Shown: positions 55,241 to 64,000 of the stretch, piece after piece | Layout: every line of letters begins with the position of its first letter | Numbering within the stretch: the stretch's first letter is position 1 | Sequence record: OP310983.1 | Length of the DNA stretch: 64,000 bases | Strand: one strand, 5' to 3' | Made by a program: the position numbers and the translations under genes | The notes under the pieces: model-generated | Told to the model about the DNA's origin: nothing | The model's input: the letters and a program-made list of their open reading frames with translations, nothing else | Database searches by the model: none

Positions 55241-55795
55241 ATGGACAAAAAATTGAAGGAATTCCAAGCAGTGACCCCTGGTGTTGATCGTTTCGTTTAC
55301 TGTGAGAAGACTGACACCTGGCTTCCGAAGGCTACTCATCCTCTGGATTGTCACCGTAATAAAAACGCGATAACAGCATTCGATAAAGCCAACGAAGAAA
55401 TTCAAGAACGTTGGTTCTACTGGTGCATTGCATGGGAGAAAGCTTCTGTTCGCCCTACAATGGAAACCGAACTCTGGAAGAACCCGTTCATCTCTGTTGA
55501 AGAACGACTGGAGATTGCAGAAGGCGCCATCGCGTTCCGTAACGAGGTCATCAGAAATCTCCAGGGGCGTTTAGTTTCGCCAACGATTGCCGAGTTCAAA
55601 CTTAACGACGAAATGGTGGAAGCTATCTTGGATAGCAGTTACACTGTAAAAGATTTCGATCGGAACTCGGAAACGGGCGAAGTAGAGCTTCAGTATCAGA
55701 TTTCCAATAACTTCCACAATCGCGAGTTGGCACGTGATACTGTTCACCGTATCATCAATGCCCTCAAACAACTTACCCCGGTGCAACAGCAATGA
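55241..55795 (+). CDS. hypothetical protein
   Basis: GAGGT RBS. Confidence 0.8.
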   Translation: MDKKLKEFQAVTPGVDRFVYCEKTDTWLPKATHPLDCHRNKNAITAFDKANEEIQERWFYWCIAWEKASVRPTMETELWKNPFISVEERLEIAEGAIAFRNEVIRNLQGRLVSPTIAEFKLNDEMVEAILDSSYTVKDFDRNSETGEVELQYQISNNFHNRELARDTVHRIINALKQLTPVQQQ

Positions 55796-56001
55796 TCTAC
55801 CTTGGTTGGTTCACCATCATCTTCGTGGCGATGGGTCTTGGTTTATTCGGTGCTTTCTGTCATCGAATAGTTAATTCCACTAATCCTGGATTGGAAGAGA
55901 AGCGTACTACACTGAATATCGCTATCTGGACAGGTATTCTTCTAGTGCTCGCTTATCTCAATGAAATCAGTCGAGTCTTTATTGTAGGAGTAGTTACATG
56001 A
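55792..56001 (+). CDS. two-TM small membrane protein (paralog of 54199..54408)
   Basis: ATGA overlaps at both ends. Confidence 0.8.
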   Translation: MIYLGWFTIIFVAMGLGLFGAFCHRIVNSTNPGLEEKRTTLNIAIWTGILLVLAYLNEISRVFIVGVVT

Positions 56002-56240
56002 CATTACAAGAGCTGCGTGAACTTCTTTATAAAGAAGCTGGTATGGAATCAATCCATGCTAAAATTAAGCAACGGGCGCTCGCTGGTGATTCAGAGGTAA
56101 ACTTCGATTACAGCAACGAGAACACGCCAGTTGAAGGGAAGATGAATAATCGTCAAGCGGAAATCCTCCGTAAAGACGGTTACATTGTTGAATACAATAG
56201 TGCCTGTCTCTGGTACGAAGTAAAAGGATGGGATGAATAA
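55998..56240 (+). CDS. conserved phage hypothetical protein
   Basis: AGGAG RBS; IK.RA..G...LRKDGY.V...W pattern. Confidence 0.75.
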   Translation: MTLQELRELLYKEAGMESIHAKIKQRALAGDSEVNFDYSNENTPVEGKMNNRQAEILRKDGYIVEYNSACLWYEVKGWDE

Positions 56241-56506
56241 TGGGACTCCGTTACATGGGTTATTCCGTTAAAGCAACTGTGACTGACCGTGAAGGCGAGT
56301 CGCATATCTTTGACGGCTTTGCCAAGCCTGGCGAGGGTAATTCGGTTTATCCCGGAGCTAATGGTGAAGGTGATAAGCGTCTTGCAGCTCGCCGCGCACT
56401 GGAAGCCTTCATGGATAGTCCAGTCTTCGAGGAACTAACATCGGATATGTACGATACGTTCGATGTTCGTTTCAATTCTCTTGTGCACACTGGAATGCCG
56501 GAGTAA
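56240..56506 (+). CDS. hypothetical protein
   Basis: TAATG overlap. Confidence 0.75.
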   Translation: MGLRYMGYSVKATVTDREGESHIFDGFAKPGEGNSVYPGANGEGDKRLAARRALEAFMDSPVFEELTSDMYDTFDVRFNSLVHTGMPE

Positions 56507-56511
56507 TAAAA

Positions 56512-56949
56512 ATGTCGATGTATACCAAAGACAACGCTGAACTTTACACCCACAAAGAAGATGGTGGTATTTACTACTACCATGGCTTGGCTCATGGTAC
56601 CGGTGATCAACGTGGAGAACTGCTGCACATCTACAGTGATTACTTCACTGACATGATGTACTACCGTAACCACACCTGGTCTACTCGGATGGAACGCGTT
56701 TCTGCTCCAGGGCTTCGTCTGAGTCGTTCCTTGCATCCACGTCTATGGATCACCACTCTGATCGGTTTGATGATCATTATCATTACTCAGGTTGTTTTCG
56801 GCACCGAGTTCAATGCAATCACTCTCCAAGAGATTGTCGGTACAGCCGTCGCTGGTGTACTGGCACTGGGTCTTCCGAGTTTCATCCTGCACCAACTGTA
56901 CAAGTGGAAGTACAAGAAACCTGTTAAACAGAAGTCCGAAGCGGCATAA
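56512..56949 (+). CDS. DUF1653-like N-terminal domain plus two TM helices
   Basis: YTHKEDGGIY...A..T...E...IY...YYR pattern; hydrophobic C-terminal half; GGAG RBS. Confidence 0.7.
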   Translation: MSMYTKDNAELYTHKEDGGIYYYHGLAHGTGDQRGELLHIYSDYFTDMMYYRNHTWSTRMERVSAPGLRLSRSLHPRLWITTLIGLMIIIITQVVFGTEFNAITLQEIVGTAVAGVLALGLPSFILHQLYKWKYKKPVKQKSEAA

Positions 56950-56951
56950 AA

Positions 56952-57139
56952 GGAAATCCCCATTGGCCGCTAAACCAATGGGGTTCCAAACAGTGCATTC
57001 GCGACTACACTGTCAGCAGGTGTCGTCCAAGAGAACTGCGGATTAGCTACTTACCCCTCGTGGGCATTTTCACTAGCAGTATTATAACAACACCGTACGT
57101 TCTGAAAAGATTAGCCCTCCTGTGCAACCAGGAGGGCTA
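56952..57139 (+). ncRNA. candidate structured intergenic RNA
   Basis: Hairpin CCCCATTGG/CCAATGGGG; ACAGTG/CACTGT with loop GCGAC able to pair with GTCGT; GCAG/CTGC; closed by hairpin 57112-57139. Confidence 0.35.
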
Positions 57140-57469
57140 TATGTCGTCAAGTTTAAGCTTGACTTTTTGCCCAAATGGGCCCACTTGCAGAGGAGACTCC
57201 TAATGAAAGTCTTTGAAACAAGTTCCAGACCAGATCCCCACCACGGGTACTTGACTGGTCTAGAGGTAACAGCATTCAATGGTAAGCCGATCGTCTATGG
57301 GCGAAATGAGCAAATCAAAGTTGCTGTATACGATGGTAAGATGTTCCTTGGTTACATTGGCAATGGTCAGCTTGTAAACAAGCTTTCCGATGCTAAATGG
57401 ATTGACGGATCGTCTAACTATCATATTAATTCTAACTCCAGTAATCTTTTGTTCGCTAGAGTTGCTTAA
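57122..57469 (+). CDS. hypothetical protein (start uncertain)
   Basis: GTG start lies inside a hairpin; ends before terminator 57477. Confidence 0.45.
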   Translation: MQPGGLYVVKFKLDFLPKWAHLQRRLLMKVFETSSRPDPHHGYLTGLEVTAFNGKPIVYGRNEQIKVAVYDGKMFLGYIGNGQLVNKLSDAKWIDGSSNYHINSNSSNLLFARVA

Positions 57470-57476
57470 CTTCAAA

Positions 57477-57501
57477 TACCCTCTTCATTGCGAAGAGGGT
57501 A
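57477..57501. terminator. bidirectional terminator between convergent blocks
   Basis: TACCCTCTTC-ATTGC-GAAGAGGGTA. Confidence 0.8.
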
Positions 57502-57523
57502 ACGTATTATTATTTTTTTTTGT

Positions 57524-59677
57524 TTAATACCAACTATTTCTAGAATATCTGTTAATACGCACTCTACGTGTACGCTCTGCACGAGCTTGATTTAACATGG
57601 CATCAATACCTACACCACTGCTATCATCAATATTAACACGTTTAGACAATTGTTTCAAACGCATTTCTAATTTAGCTGCAATCATCGGGTTCTTTTCACC
57701 GCGAAGCTGCTCAATTATCTCTTCAAATTCTTTGCGACCTTGCTGTTCTTTCTCTTCATGATATTTTTCAAGTTGACTTGGTTCTTTATCACGTAATTTT
57801 GATTTACCTAAGATGGGAACATTGATACCATAATAAGATAAATTCTTACCTTGTATTAATAACCAGTGGGCTAATAATAATGATACCACTAAGTCGTCAT
57901 GGTTCCCCTTAGCATGGTCAATTCTACCATTACGGATAGTAAGTGCTAATAACTCCGTGCTAAGTGGTTTATCATAGATGGTCCTTACCCCATAATGCAT
58001 TGCTGATGGTAATGCCACCTTAAATAGATTATCACGAGAATACTCACCAGTACCTGACGTTGCATAACCAAAATAACGTTTAAACCTATCATAGAACGAT
58101 GGTTGTCTTGCTGATAGCGGAGTCTGAATGTCTCTGAAATCATTTTCTCTTTCTGATGATTCATTGACAATTCTGTTAAAGATACGCCGGAATGGATCTA
58201 CTCCTTTAGTATGTAGAATCAAGATAACATGGTCAATTAACGATATACCTATTGATTTACGTTCTGGTATCCAAAGAATATTAGGATATCTCAATAGCAT
58301 TGTTGCAAAGAAATTACCCATTGATGGCACTGATGATTCATTGTATCTACCAACACACATAACCTCATGTGTTTCTACGTCAACTACAACTGTGCCAGTG
58401 GCGTCATTATCTTCACCAAGAAGTTCAGATGGGTCGGTACCCATAACGAACCTACCCTTCATCATCCGTGAGGCTACTTCATCTTTTGGTATATACCAAC
58501 GAAGTGTATAACCATCATCCGTGATTTCTGTCCAGCTTGGCTCACGCATATTGTTTTTAAGTTTATCTTTCTCATCTGATGATAAGGGTGAACCTTCACC
58601 ACCAACTGTCCAAATATTGAAGAAGTCCCTATCGGCAATTTCACCGAATGAACCTGATTCACGAAGTGTGTTATATAACCACTTATCGGTACGTCCTAAT
58701 TGACGGTGGTTAAATGCACCATAAACTAGAGGTTTCTTTCCAGTAGTGCCTTTTTCTACAACACGATGTAGAGTTTTCTGATCTGGTAGATCAAAGAATT
58801 CCTCTGACCATGGGCAGCCACCTGTTAAGAAGTGATATGCAAATTCACCATCACGGGTAGTGATGTTACCAGCTGTAGTTGTATAGATGTTACCATAAGG
58901 CTGGTTCTCACGGCGAGCTTCATCACGAGCTGCTGAACCTGACGCAAGTGCAACAGGTAGTGAAACACCAATTAAATTAATATATGCAAGTTCGTCAAAG
59001 TGCATATTTGGTACTGTAAGACCACGACCTAATTTATCAGCTGCGTTAACATCATTTCGACCAACAGCTGTTAGATACCTATTACCTAATCTAATACATG
59101 TCATCAATTCGGAGTTATCCGCATCTAATGGATCAGTATAGTGGATATACTCTGGTAACAAATCACGCATTACTTTTAGACGCTCGATGTTAGCATTGCG
59201 TAGTTTGTTATCTTTAGTAATAAGGTTAATCTTAGTGTTCTCACCCCAGATATACATCATGCCTGTATTGAGCACGTCAGTTGATACGGACTTACCTGTC
59301 TGACGAGGCTGTAATAAACCAAAATCTACGTGATTGAAATAACACCAGAATAAAGCAATATTACCACGGTTAGCTTGGAATGGAATTGGATTATTACCCG
59401 AGTTAGGGGGGATTCTTGCCACTTCCCTAAAAAAATACCAAGGATTATATTTGCATTCCATGTTAATACGAAACTTCATTTCTTCGCTAAGATTAGGGTC
59501 ATATGGATCCACCCCAATTAAACCTTGGTCCAATATAGCTAGTATAAATTTGTAATTTTTAATACCCATCTTTTTATAAGTCAAGGCTAACTTTATAAAA
59601 GATTTATTTTTAGTAGTAAGATCAACACTAGCGCTGTAGTATTTATCCCAATCACTATTGAAAAGTATAACGTCCAT
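57524..59677 (-). CDS. terL: terminase large subunit (phiKZ gp25-like)
   Basis: Walker A PRQTGKS, Walker B MHFDELAY, nuclease GTDPS and HDDLVVS; 717 aa. Confidence 0.92.
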   Translation of the reverse strand: MDVILFNSDWDKYYSASVDLTTKNKSFIKLALTYKKMGIKNYKFILAILDQGLIGVDPYDPNLSEEMKFRINMECKYNPWYFFREVARIPPNSGNNPIPFQANRGNIALFWCYFNHVDFGLLQPRQTGKSVSTDVLNTGMMYIWGENTKINLITKDNKLRNANIERLKVMRDLLPEYIHYTDPLDADNSELMTCIRLGNRYLTAVGRNDVNAADKLGRGLTVPNMHFDELAYINLIGVSLPVALASGSAARDEARRENQPYGNIYTTTAGNITTRDGEFAYHFLTGGCPWSEEFFDLPDQKTLHRVVEKGTTGKKPLVYGAFNHRQLGRTDKWLYNTLRESGSFGEIADRDFFNIWTVGGEGSPLSSDEKDKLKNNMREPSWTEITDDGYTLRWYIPKDEVASRMMKGRFVMGTDPSELLGEDNDATGTVVVDVETHEVMCVGRYNESSVPSMGNFFATMLLRYPNILWIPERKSIGISLIDHVILILHTKGVDPFRRIFNRIVNESSERENDFRDIQTPLSARQPSFYDRFKRYFGYATSGTGEYSRDNLFKVALPSAMHYGVRTIYDKPLSTELLALTIRNGRIDHAKGNHDDLVVSLLLAHWLLIQGKNLSYYGINVPILGKSKLRDKEPSQLEKYHEEKEQQGRKEFEEIIEQLRGEKNPMIAAKLEMRLKQLSKRVNIDDSSGVGIDAMLNQARAERTRRVRINRYSRNSWY

Positions 59678-59780
59678 ACACTGCCCTTTAAGGTACTTAT
59701 TTTAATGTGCCATAATAAAGCCGTATTGAACGGCAATTGTAAAGTATAGTCTCATATGGATAATGTGTTAAAAGACGTTA

Positions 59781-59813
59781 TAAAGCCCCCTAGGTGGTTC
59801 CTAGGGGGCTTTA
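59781..59813 (-). terminator. intrinsic terminator
   Basis: TAAAGCCCCCTAGG-TGGTT-CCTAGGGGGCTTTA. Confidence 0.85.
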
Positions 59814-59816
59814 TAT

Positions 59817-64000
<4,184 letters not shown>

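Overview
AT-rich (roughly 35% GC by eye) segment of a Phikzvirus-like, nucleus-forming Pseudomonas jumbo phage. The identification rests on phiKZ-type TATATTAC early promoters, a six-tRNA set (Thr, Asn, Asp, CAU, Pro, Leu) like that reported for phiKZ, and the gene order nrdB-nrdA | gp1-gp2-gp3-DHFR ... terminase-gp26-gp27. The window runs across the phiKZ map origin, from about gp239 through gp306 and gp1 to gp27. All gp numbers are inferred from synteny and memory, not from a database search. Positions 1-30.5 kb are a + strand accessory/early region of about 60 small genes, broken up by GC hairpin terminators and early promoters. Positions 30.5-44 kb are a - strand block with tRNAs, a Kelch protein, a head polyprotein and class Ia RNR. 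Positions 44.3-57.5 kb are a + strand block with a ChmB-like gene, DHFR and a higher-GC early island. Positions 57.5-64 kb carry terminase and two virion genes on the - strand. Best novelty candidates: (1) an early operon with five divergent, secreted two-cysteine paralogs; (2) a GC-rich nested-pseudoknot RNA at 28225-28288; (3) a head polyprotein with a KTSC-like module between protease-site motifs; (4) an L7/L12-CTD-like protein near the gp14-like ribosome-binding gene; (5) a CAU tRNA that looks like Ile2 rather than Met; (6) several catalytically degenerate enzyme folds; (7) terminator plus early-promoter cassettes, including an exact 53-nt duplicate.
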